Origin: a virus
Lineage: Duplodnaviria > Caudoviricetes
Length of the DNA stretch: 64,000 nt
IMG/VR virus record: IMGVR_UViG_3300043252_000005
Coordinates: 1,101 to 65,100 of that record
Direction: 5' to 3' (one strand)
Shown: in pieces, positions 9,084 to 16,726 of the stretch
How positions within the stretch are numbered: position 1 is the first letter of the stretch
Layout of the letters: every line of letters begins with the position of its first letter
Program-made: the position numbers and the translations under genes
The notes under the pieces: generated by a model
What the model was told of the DNA's origin: nothing
The model's input: the letters and a program-made list of their open reading frames with translations, nothing else
The model's database searches: none

Positions 9084-9902
9084 TTATTCCTCCGATGTGC
9101 CGCGACCATGCGGGCAGCAGGCGCCGTGCGCGCCGCAATATTTTGATGAGCAGAGGTTTGACCGCGGGTTCGGAATGAACACGCCGATATCGCCGGTCTG
9201 CGTGAAGGCCATATAGGCGCGCTCCATATCCTTCAGCGTCGCCCAGGCCAGCCGCTCGCAGGCGCCCGGATCATATTCGTGCGTGACCGGCGGCTCCTGT
9301 TCCTTGCGCAGCGTCATGCGGCGGATGAACCGCTCGCGGACCTTCGTGACCGGCTGTCCCGTCGTCCGCTGCAGCGCGCTGTAGCAACCGAACTGGCTGC
9401 CGTGATAGCTGGCGGTCTTACCGGTTTTTATGTCCTCAATACCGTCGCCGACCGTATAATCAGGCTGGCCGGAAAGCACGAAGCCGGGCGAGAATTCCGC
9501 CTCAAGCCGTGTCTCGACGGCGAGCGGCTGGACGATGGGCGCCACGTGCGTGCGGAAGCTGCGCATCTGCCGAAGCGACTGCTGCTGCGCCGTGTTGAGA
9601 TCGCCCGTCGTGCTGTCCCACATCACGCCGCCCTCGATCTCGTCGGCGAGCGACTGGAGCGTGCGCTGATCGGCCTCGTTGGCGTTGCCCAGCAGCCCGG
9701 TGGTCATTTTCTCGGTCATCGTGTAGGCCGCGCCGGCGTGGGTTGCCGTGCCGCTGGCGGCGCCGATGCCGGCCGGAAGCTGGCGGATGCGATAGCCGGC
9801 CGCTTCGAGCATTTCGCGGAAGACTTTCGTGGCGCAGCGGAGTTGGCAGTCGCCCCAATCAGGCGTGGCGCTAGATCTTATGCGGACTATATTTTCAGTC
9901 AT
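9084..9902 (-). CDS. PD-(D/E)XK nuclease, Cas4/AddB-like
   Basis: SGQPD...IEDIKTG...QFGCY; N-terminal Cys plus C-terminal CSSKYCGAHGAC; ATGA coupling fixes start at 9902. Confidence 0.8.
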   Translation of the reverse strand: MTENIVRIRSSATPDWGDCQLRCATKVFREMLEAAGYRIRQLPAGIGAASGTATHAGAAYTMTEKMTTGLLGNANEADQRTLQSLADEIEGGVMWDSTTGDLNTAQQQSLRQMRSFRTHVAPIVQPLAVETRLEAEFSPGFVLSGQPDYTVGDGIEDIKTGKTASYHGSQFGCYSALQRTTGQPVTKVRERFIRRMTLRKEQEPPVTHEYDPGACERLAWATLKDMERAYMAFTQTGDIGVFIPNPRSNLCSSKYCGAHGACCPHGRGTSEE

Positions 9903-10105
9903 AACAGATGAGTCCTCTTGTTGCTCTTTTTGTGGTTGTCGGTTTTCCACATTGGCCGAAGGTTCGAAAGAGCCCAACATATCTTTATGCTCGGATCGTC
10001 TATGCCAGAAAAAACAAAAGATGATTTTGGCACTTCGCTACGCAGCAGCCTGCTGGCGATAAGCGTGGCGCCTTTCGCCCGCAGGCGCTCGACGATATCG
10101 GTCAT
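9899..10105 (-). CDS. 68-aa chimeric protein ending in an HNH/EndoVII-like remnant
   Basis: MTDIVERLR leader then KICWALSNLRPMWKTDNHKKSNK; ATGA overlaps at both ends. Confidence 0.5.
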   Translation of the reverse strand: MTDIVERLRAKGATLIASRLLRSEVPKSSFVFSGIDDPSIKICWALSNLRPMWKTDNHKKSNKRTHLL

Positions 10106-10263
10106 GGGAATGTCCTCTTCAGCCATACACGGACAAAGCGATAAATCGACCAAAGCCAAAGCGCCGATAACACGGCTTTCGGAAATGGGCCGTTAGGGAA
10201 TAGGATCGCGTCTAGTCCGGCCGTGACCGCGAGCATGATTTGGGAAAATTGCCAGTCGGTCAT
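10102..10263 (-). CDS. Small membrane protein
   Basis: MTDWQFSQIMLAV...; ATGA coupling at both ends. Confidence 0.55.
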   Translation of the reverse strand: MTDWQFSQIMLAVTAGLDAILFPNGPFPKAVLSALWLWSIYRFVRVWLKRTFP

Positions 10264-10439
10264 GGCTTCACCTTCGGGATTATATGCAGCCTGTAGACGA
10301 TAGGCTCGCCTATCGCGGTTTTTATGGCCTCGTCCCGAGACGCGTGGCCCCATCCGATATCAAGGCCATGGGGGCATAAATAGGCATTCGCCCAGCATTC
10401 CCGCAAATCCTCACCTTTGACAAATATAACGTTGCTCAC
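10260..10439 (-). CDS. 59-aa hypothetical protein
   Basis: Hand translation MSNVIFVKGEDLRECW...KVKP; GTGA/ATGA coupling. Confidence 0.5.
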   Translation of the reverse strand: MSNVIFVKGEDLRECWANAYLCPHGLDIGWGHASRDEAIKTAIGEPIVYRLHIIPKVKP

Positions 10440-10531
10440 GGCCCAACCCTCCCATCCATCGCCGCCGCGATCAGCAGCCCCAACGCAAAAAGCGCGGACG
10501 AGACGATAAAGCGGTGCGCGGTGGCGCTCAT
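10436..10531 (-). CDS. 31-aa membrane peptide
   Basis: MSATAHRFIVSSALFALGLLIAAAMDGRVGP; shares start sequence with upstream gene. Confidence 0.45.
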   Translation of the reverse strand: MSATAHRFIVSSALFALGLLIAAAMDGRVGP

Positions 10532-10974
10532 GATTTAATCCTCCGCCCCACTAAGATCCTCGCCGTCTTCGCCATCGTCCTCTTCGACGGGCTCGGATAT
10601 CCTCGGCGCCGGCATCTCAATGAAGGCTACGACCGAGATCGCGAGGTCACGGATCGTCTGGAGATTTTCGGCGCTCTCGGCGAGCACGATGATAGAGCGC
10701 AGCGTCGCGTCGATCAGCGGAAGCGCGCGGAAGGCCATGGCGATTTGGCCCTCCGTCGTGTCGTCGATCTGGCCGGCAGGGTTGAGCAGCGCGACTTCTG
10801 TATGGCCCCATTTAATAGAGCGCGTGATGGCCCCGTCTGACGCGACGCATTCCCATTCGCCGCCGGGCGGGACGATGGCGCGAATTAATTCCGCGTCGAA
10901 ATGGTAGGGCCGGCGCGACTGCGCATCATAGAAAGCGCGTCTGATAGCGGAAGCGGTGGCGCTCATGATTTAAT
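10518..10974. repeat. 22-bp direct repeat GCGGTGGCGCTCATGATTTAAT at 10518-10539 and 10953-10974
   Basis: Exact match read from sequence; spans start codons of two adjacent genes. Confidence 0.85.
10535..10966 (-). CDS. Hypothetical protein with acidic tail; first gene of leftward arm
   Basis: 143 aa ORF with AGGG SD. Confidence 0.65.
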   Translation of the reverse strand: MSATASAIRRAFYDAQSRRPYHFDAELIRAIVPPGGEWECVASDGAITRSIKWGHTEVALLNPAGQIDDTTEGQIAMAFRALPLIDATLRSIIVLAESAENLQTIRDLAISVVAFIEMPAPRISEPVEEDDGEDGEDLSGAED

Positions 10975-11077
10975 TCCCTGCCGTTGTGATAGGCCGAATA
11001 TCGCCCCACAAATCGCTTGCGTCAACATCGAAATGTGCTACAAACGAAATTAATCGCGATGCCATGGGATACGCCCG

Positions 11078-11338
11078 ATGATATCACCAATTATCTTGAC
11101 CGGAAGACAGGTTGCCCGAGCGCGCAAGCTTTGCGAGTGGAGCCAGCAGGCGCTCGCCGATGCGTCACAGGTCGGCAAGGCGTCGATCAGCCGGGCGGAA
11201 GGGGCTTCTGATCTTCCGGCAGCGATCAGCATCACAAATATGCTTTGTCTTGTTGGCGCATTCGAGCGAGCGGGCGTAGAGTTCGCCCTTCGAGATCGGA
11301 CGATTGTGATCGTAGGCCGAACCATCCCTGTCGAATAG
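11078..11338 (+). CDS. XRE/Cro-like HTH regulator
   Basis: TGRQVARARKLCEWSQQALADASQVGKASISRAE...FERAGVEF; located at the divergence point. Confidence 0.85.
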   Translation: MISPIILTGRQVARARKLCEWSQQALADASQVGKASISRAEGASDLPAAISITNMLCLVGAFERAGVEFALRDRTIVIVGRTIPVE

Positions 11339-11350
11339 GAGCAACGCCAA

Positions 11351-12100
11351 ATGGCCATGAAGTTGAACGCCGAAAACGTCGCCGCCGGAGACGCATCCGC
11401 CGCCCGCAAGTCCAACCGCGCGCAGGCGATCCGCGACGCGTGCCGGGACATCGCGAACCTCGAAGCCGAGCGCGACGGCGTGAGCGAGCAGATCCGCGAG
11501 ATCCGGCAAAAAATCGTCAAGGGCGAACTGGGGATGAAGCTTGCCGACTTCGGCATGGCCTACCGCCTGTACAAGCTGGAAGACGACGACCGAGACGAGC
11601 TATTCGGCACGATCCGCGAGTGCTTCTCCGCGCTCGGCGTCGGGGAACAACTCGATTTCCTCAAGGCGGTCGATAAGGCTGCCGCACCTGGCGCCGGGCC
11701 GGTCGACGCCGATGGCTTCTCGACGGCGGCGCAGCAGCAGGTAGCCGAGGCCGAGGCGTATAACCTCGGCGAGAAGGCGGCGCGCGATGGGACGGGCCTC
11801 GAAAGCTGCCCGTACACGGCGGCGCAGAAGCGGCTCAAGGCCAGGTTCGAAGAAGGTTGGAGCGACGCCAAGGCCGGTTCGGACAAGGTGACGCCGATCG
11901 GCGAGGCGAAGCGCGGGCGCGGACGGCCGAAAGGCAGCGGAAAGGGCGCGGTCATGACCGTTGTCAGCGAAACGCTCGGCCCGAATATCGAAGAAGATTT
12001 CCTACCAGATGCTCCGACCGCAGGTTTCGACGACCTCCCGACCGAGCCGCCGGAGAGCGACGACAGCCCGCAGCCGGAGATGGCTGACACGGAATACTGA
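11351..12100 (+). CDS. gapR: GapR (DUF2312)-like DNA-binding protein fused to RMF-like motif and AT-hook
   Basis: IANLEAERDGVSEQIREI...LYKLEDDDRDE...SALG; AYNLGEKAARDG..ESCPY...FEEGWSDA; KRGRGRPKG. Confidence 0.7.
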   Translation: MAMKLNAENVAAGDASAARKSNRAQAIRDACRDIANLEAERDGVSEQIREIRQKIVKGELGMKLADFGMAYRLYKLEDDDRDELFGTIRECFSALGVGEQLDFLKAVDKAAAPGAGPVDADGFSTAAQQQVAEAEAYNLGEKAARDGTGLESCPYTAAQKRLKARFEEGWSDAKAGSDKVTPIGEAKRGRGRPKGSGKGAVMTVVSETLGPNIEEDFLPDAPTAGFDDLPTEPPESDDSPQPEMADTEY

Positions 12101-12204
12101 TCCGTCCGCAGGAGGCTGGTCCTGAGCTAGCCCGCTGCGTTTTTCGGCCCGTTCAGTCCGGCTTCGGGTGGATGAAAAGCCGGCATCCTTTCGGGGGATT
12201 TTCC

Positions 12205-12738
12205 GTGATAGTTTTGGCCCTTGATGTCGCGACAGCTTCAGGCGCCTGCTGGGACGGCCCGGACGGCGCCCCGCGCTTCTGCACCTTCCGCGCTCCGTCT
12301 CCCGTCCGCGGCGATGGCGGCTTCGATCTCAGCCGCACGTTTCTCGAGTTCGACCGCTGGCTGACTGGCCATATACAGCTTGTGCAGCCGGAGCGCATTG
12401 CGTTCGAGGCGCCAATGCAGGTTGCCGGGCCTGGTGCATCGAGCCGGCCCACGTCGCAGCAGGCGGTGCGGATGTTGCTCGGGCTGGCGGCGATCACAGA
12501 GCTTGTCGCGGCCAAGGCGGAAATCCCGATATACGAGCTCAATATTGCGACGGCCAAAAAGCTGTTCGCGGGCCACGGGCGGGCGGATAAGCAGCAGATG
12601 ATGGCGCGGTGTGCGCAGCTGGGGTGGACGGTGAAGACCGATCATGAGGCGGATGCGGCGGCTGTTTGGCTCGCGTTGAAGACGACTGAGCGGGGTTGGC
12701 AGCTTCCGCAGCTGGCGCTTTTTGGGCAGCGGCGATGA
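12205..12738 (+). CDS. RuvC-like Holliday junction resolvase
   Basis: VLALDVAT, IAFEAP, DHEADAAAVW acidic motifs; GTG start. Confidence 0.8.
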   Translation: MIVLALDVATASGACWDGPDGAPRFCTFRAPSPVRGDGGFDLSRTFLEFDRWLTGHIQLVQPERIAFEAPMQVAGPGASSRPTSQQAVRMLLGLAAITELVAAKAEIPIYELNIATAKKLFAGHGRADKQQMMARCAQLGWTVKTDHEADAAAVWLALKTTERGWQLPQLALFGQRR

Positions 12739-14057
12739 CAGTACAGATCATCGGCGGGGATAGCCGAGACGTGCTGAAGACGCTCGCTGATAACAGCATC
12801 GATAGCTGCTGTACCGATCCTCCCTATGCGCTTGTGTCGATCGTGAAGCGGTTCGGCAAGCCAGGATCAGCGGCGGCGGTTGACCGTGACGGGCTCTATA
12901 AGCGCGCCTCGGCGGGATTCATGGGCCAGCAATGGGACACGGGCGAGACCGCCTTCGCTCCCGAGTTCTGGGCGGAAGTCCTGCGCGTGCTCAAACCGGG
13001 CGCCCATCTTGTCGCATTCAGCGGGACGCGGACCTATCACCGAATGGCGGTGGCAATCGAGGATGCAGGCTTCGAAATCCGCGACATGGGGCAATGGCTC
13101 TATGGGTCTGGATTTCCGAAAAGCCATAACGTCGCGGTCGCGGTCGACAAAGCGTCTGGCGTGGCGCCTCGCGGCAAGGGCTTCAACATGAAGGGTGGCG
13201 GCGATCGGGCTCAAGAGTTCGAGACGAACGGCCGAGAATTCCTGCCGCCCTATAAGGCGGTAACGCCAGCGGCCGGGGCATGGGAAGGCTGGGGCACTGC
13301 GCTAAAGCCTGCCGTTGAGCCCATCTGCATCGCGCGCAAACCGCTCAGCGAAAAGACCGTCGCGGCCAATGTCCTGAAATGGGGCACGGGAGCACTCAAT
13401 ATCGACGGGTGCCGGATAGAATCGGCGGAGCAGTGGGGGGCGAGCGGCGATGCGGCGCCGGTGCCTTCAAATGGGATTCTGGGCGATGGCCTCAACAATT
13501 CAGGCCGCAGTGCAAGCAGCGCTCTCGGCCGCTGGCCGGCGAACGTCATCACAGACGGCTCTGACGAGGTGCTGGCAACTTTCCCGGATGCTCCCGGCCA
13601 GCAGCAAGCCGTTGGGCCGCAGCACGGCGCGAAAGCTAGCGTGAACTGCTACGGAGATTATGGTGCGAGGGAGCAATTCGATCCGCGCAACGATACCGGT
13701 TCGGCCGCCCGCTTTTTCTATACCGCGAAAGCTGACGCCGAGGATCGCTTCGGCTCCAAACATCCGACCGTAAAGCCGGTCGACCTGATGCGCTGGCTCT
13801 GCAGGCTCGTCACGCCGCCGGGCGGGACGGTGCTCGACCCGTTCGCGGGGAGCGGAACCACGGGCGCCGCTGCCATTGCCGAGGGATTCGACTGCATTCT
13901 GATCGAGCGCGAGGCCGCGTATCTCAAAGATATAGAGTTGCGCATCGCGCATGCCGAAGGGCGCGGAAGGCATTCTGCAGCCGTCAAAAATCGCAATAAG
14001 CCGATTGACCACGGCCCGCTATTTTCCGACGCGCTCAACCGAGGAGAGGGAAAATGA
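12735..14057 (+). CDS. N6-adenine/N4-cytosine DNA methyltransferase (beta class)
   Basis: DPPY, HPTVKP, VLDPFAGSGTT; no cognate endonuclease nearby. Confidence 0.93.
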   Translation: MTVQIIGGDSRDVLKTLADNSIDSCCTDPPYALVSIVKRFGKPGSAAAVDRDGLYKRASAGFMGQQWDTGETAFAPEFWAEVLRVLKPGAHLVAFSGTRTYHRMAVAIEDAGFEIRDMGQWLYGSGFPKSHNVAVAVDKASGVAPRGKGFNMKGGGDRAQEFETNGREFLPPYKAVTPAAGAWEGWGTALKPAVEPICIARKPLSEKTVAANVLKWGTGALNIDGCRIESAEQWGASGDAAPVPSNGILGDGLNNSGRSASSALGRWPANVITDGSDEVLATFPDAPGQQQAVGPQHGAKASVNCYGDYGAREQFDPRNDTGSAARFFYTAKADAEDRFGSKHPTVKPVDLMRWLCRLVTPPGGTVLDPFAGSGTTGAAAIAEGFDCILIEREAAYLKDIELRIAHAEGRGRHSAAVKNRNKPIDHGPLFSDALNRGEGK

Positions 14058-15163
14058 CCGAGAAAACGAGCCAGGAATATGGCGGCGAATTGATGCGGCT
14101 CCTGTCGCAGGCGCAGACTCTCGTCACCTGCATCGCCCTTGCGCGTGATCGGGAAATGAAAGACGCATACACGGCCGGCGAGCGCGACATGGCTGCGCGG
14201 ATCATCGAGGCGGCGATGGCGGCGAGCAAAGCGGGCGAGCCGGTGCCGGAGGTGCGCGGCGGCGTGACGGATGTGGATGATGAATTCGAGCTGGAGGATG
14301 TGCTTGAATCCTTCACAGTGGATGCGGAAATCGCTGATGCGCCCCCCGCCGAAGCCGTGACGGAGATGGAGCGCGCCTTCATCCAAACCGAGTGCGACAA
14401 GCCGCCTGCGGCGGTAGAGTCCGAATGGGTTGACGTGCTACCCGAGCGCCGTCCGGTGACAGCCGACGATATCCTTGAGACCTTCCCGCTCGTCGTTGCG
14501 CCTCCGGCCGGCCTCCCCGCGGGAATCAGGGCGTGCGAAGCGCAAGCCGAAGCCATGACCAAGATGGCGGAAGGCTATATCGGCGCCGCGGACGGCAACG
14601 ATGCGCCTCGATCACGCACTGAAGCAAATATCGCCGCTCGGCTCGCGCCCATTTGGACCGATGAAGAGGATGAAAAGTTACGTGATATGCCGAATTGGAA
14701 GCCCGGCAGCAAAGCGGAGGTGGAAGCGGCGATGCCTGGGCGCATCCACGGAGCCTGCTATACGCGTTGTCTGCAAGTTCTTAAATGCATCCCCCCGACC
14801 GTTGGGCAGATGAACATTTGGGCTGCTGAGCGCTTTGCTGCCTCTCACGCAGGCCACACCGCCAAGATCGAAGAAGCCGTAGCCGTCCGCGCGGCCGCAC
14901 AAACCCGCGTCACCGTTGACGACGTGATCAACACGCTGCGCCGAGCCGGCGACACGGCATATTGCTCCGACGCGCCGCTGTTCACGCTGTTCGAGGTGAA
15001 TCAATGCAGCCGGAACCGCGCCGAATTGCTGGCGAAGGCGAACAAGTACCGGGCGCGCGCATCGCTGGCGCCGTGGACCGATGATCAGGTCGCGTGGTTC
15101 CGGCCGCTGGCTGCGGCCCCGGCGAAAGCCAAGCCGCCGTTCACGCGGTACAATCGGCCGTGA
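14054..15163 (+). CDS. Hypothetical protein with Myb/SANT-like segment
   Basis: WTDEEDEKLRDM...MPGRIHGACYTR; ATGA coupling. Confidence 0.6.
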   Translation: MTEKTSQEYGGELMRLLSQAQTLVTCIALARDREMKDAYTAGERDMAARIIEAAMAASKAGEPVPEVRGGVTDVDDEFELEDVLESFTVDAEIADAPPAEAVTEMERAFIQTECDKPPAAVESEWVDVLPERRPVTADDILETFPLVVAPPAGLPAGIRACEAQAEAMTKMAEGYIGAADGNDAPRSRTEANIAARLAPIWTDEEDEKLRDMPNWKPGSKAEVEAAMPGRIHGACYTRCLQVLKCIPPTVGQMNIWAAERFAASHAGHTAKIEEAVAVRAAAQTRVTVDDVINTLRRAGDTAYCSDAPLFTLFEVNQCSRNRAELLAKANKYRARASLAPWTDDQVAWFRPLAAAPAKAKPPFTRYNRP

Positions 15164-15393
15164 CACCGCGCCGGCTCGCGTCTGACACCTATTCCGCGGT
15201 CCTGCTCGGCGGCCATCTGGTCACGATCACGGTGTCGCGTGATGCGGCCGGGCATCCGGTCGAGGTGCTGCTGACGACTGGCGGGAAGATCGGGCAGGCG
15301 ATGGATCAGATGCTTGTGGATCTCGGCGTTGCCATATCGCGCGCCATTCAGGACCGTGATCCGTCGACGGGCTTGCCCGTCTCTGAGAGTTGA
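15160..15393 (+). CDS. Stand-alone TSCPD-like (NrdJ C-terminal) domain protein
   Basis: VTITVSRDAAGHPVEVLL...KIGQ...LGVAISRAIQ; GTGA coupling. Confidence 0.55.
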   Translation: MTPRRLASDTYSAVLLGGHLVTITVSRDAAGHPVEVLLTTGGKIGQAMDQMLVDLGVAISRAIQDRDPSTGLPVSES

Positions 15394-15534
15394 GTTAGCT
15401 TTCTCGCGAGGTGCGGCTTACGAGGATAGCGCCCGGCCAGGCGCCCCTCGGACAGACGCTAATCGACCGCTCCCTGCCCGGATGGTATTGCGGCCGCATC
15501 TCGCTTATCTCGGCAGGACTTTGGCAGGGTCAGC

Positions 15535-16380
15535 ATGATCAACACGCCACAATGTTGCCCGGATGCAGCGACAGCGCGCCCGAAGCCGCTCGCGATCGAT
15601 CTATTCTGCGGGCTCGGCGGCTGGACGGAAGGATTGCTCGCCGAAGGCTGGGACGTAATCGGCTTCGACATCGAGCGCCACGTCTACGGCGATCACCGCT
15701 ACCCGGCGCAGCTCGTCGTTCAAGATGTGCTGACGCTTCATGGATCGCAGTTCCGCACGGCTGACCTCATCGTGGCGTCGCCGCCATGCCAGGCCTATTC
15801 GTGGCGCGCAATGCCGCGGAAAGCCGCAAAGGCAGCACCTCCGCCGAGCAACGAACTGTTCGACGCATGTTTCCGCATCCAACGCGAAGCCTGCGAGGCA
15901 GCCGGCCGGCATATCCCGATGATCGTCGAGAACGTGCGCGGCGCGCAGAAGTGGGTTGGCCGCGCTCGCTGGAATTACGGCAGCTTCTACCTTTGGGGCG
16001 ATGTGCCGGCGCTAATGCCGCGTCCCTGCAGCGATGGCGTCAAGGTCGGCGGCTTGGATTGGAAGCATCCCGACGATCCGCGGCACCGGACAGGGCAAGC
16101 GTTTAATCCAGCGGCGCAGGGCGCTGCAATACAAGAGGGACGGAAGGCTGTCGGATCTGGGCGTGCGTGGTTCGATGAAAGCCTGAATAGTCGCCGCCGG
16201 GCGGCGACCGGGATCAAGAATGGTGGCGGCTGGTTTGGTTCAGGTAATAACTCGTCACTAATGCGCCGCGCATCGAGCAAGTCGACATCGCGTAAATTCG
16301 CATCAGCGTTGATCGCCAAAATCCCCCTGCCGCTCAGCCGCCATATCGGGCGGTGCTTTTATCCGAAGGGCACGCCATGA
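15535..16380 (+). CDS. C5-cytosine DNA methyltransferase-like protein (short, atypical)
   Basis: DLFCGLGG (motif I), SPPCQ (IV), IVENV (VI). Confidence 0.85.
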   Translation: MINTPQCCPDAATARPKPLAIDLFCGLGGWTEGLLAEGWDVIGFDIERHVYGDHRYPAQLVVQDVLTLHGSQFRTADLIVASPPCQAYSWRAMPRKAAKAAPPPSNELFDACFRIQREACEAAGRHIPMIVENVRGAQKWVGRARWNYGSFYLWGDVPALMPRPCSDGVKVGGLDWKHPDDPRHRTGQAFNPAAQGAAIQEGRKAVGSGRAWFDESLNSRRRAATGIKNGGGWFGSGNNSSLMRRASSKSTSRKFASALIAKIPLPLSRHIGRCFYPKGTP

Positions 16381-16598
16381 CCGATCCCCGCCAGGACATC
16401 GGCATCGACCTCCCGAAGCTCGGATGGTCGATCTGCTATTTCGAGCGGGGGCGGATGTGGACTTTCGATTTGCGATGGAAAAGTCGGGCGCAGGCTGAGG
16501 AAGCTTTGCGAACGTCTCAGGCCGGAACGGTTCTGGTGCCGCTCTACGATTGGACCAGGCTGAACAGGTTCCTGACGCGATGGACGCCGAAATCGTGA
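16377..16598 (+). CDS. Hypothetical protein
   Basis: ATGA/GTGA coupling. Confidence 0.55.
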   Translation: MTDPRQDIGIDLPKLGWSICYFERGRMWTFDLRWKSRAQAEEALRTSQAGTVLVPLYDWTRLNRFLTRWTPKS

Positions 16599-16726
16599 GC
16601 GGCCCGGAGCAAGATCCCGAAACGTGCCCGAATTGCGATGGCGCAGGCTGGTTCGAGGATGACGACGGCGACGATATTCCGTGCCCGTTTTGCGACGGCA
16701 GCGGCGAGATGGAGGCGGAAGAATGA
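16595..16726 (+). CDS. 43-aa DnaJ-type zinc-finger miniprotein
   Basis: Hand translation: CPNCDGAG...CPFCDGSG; coupled to dnaB. Confidence 0.65.
   Translation: MSGPEQDPETCPNCDGAGWFEDDDGDDIPCPFCDGSGEMEAEE

Noticed and set aside
12101-12204. Hammerhead ribozyme
   Set aside because: The CUGANGA core is absent (CTGAGCT and GGATGA only)
15394-15534. Possible small gene between TSCPD-like gene and C5-MTase
   Set aside because: No frame has both a credible start and SD; left unannotated
12735-16380. Restriction-modification system
   Set aside because: No endonuclease adjacent to either MTase; the RuvC-like gene has resolvase motifs
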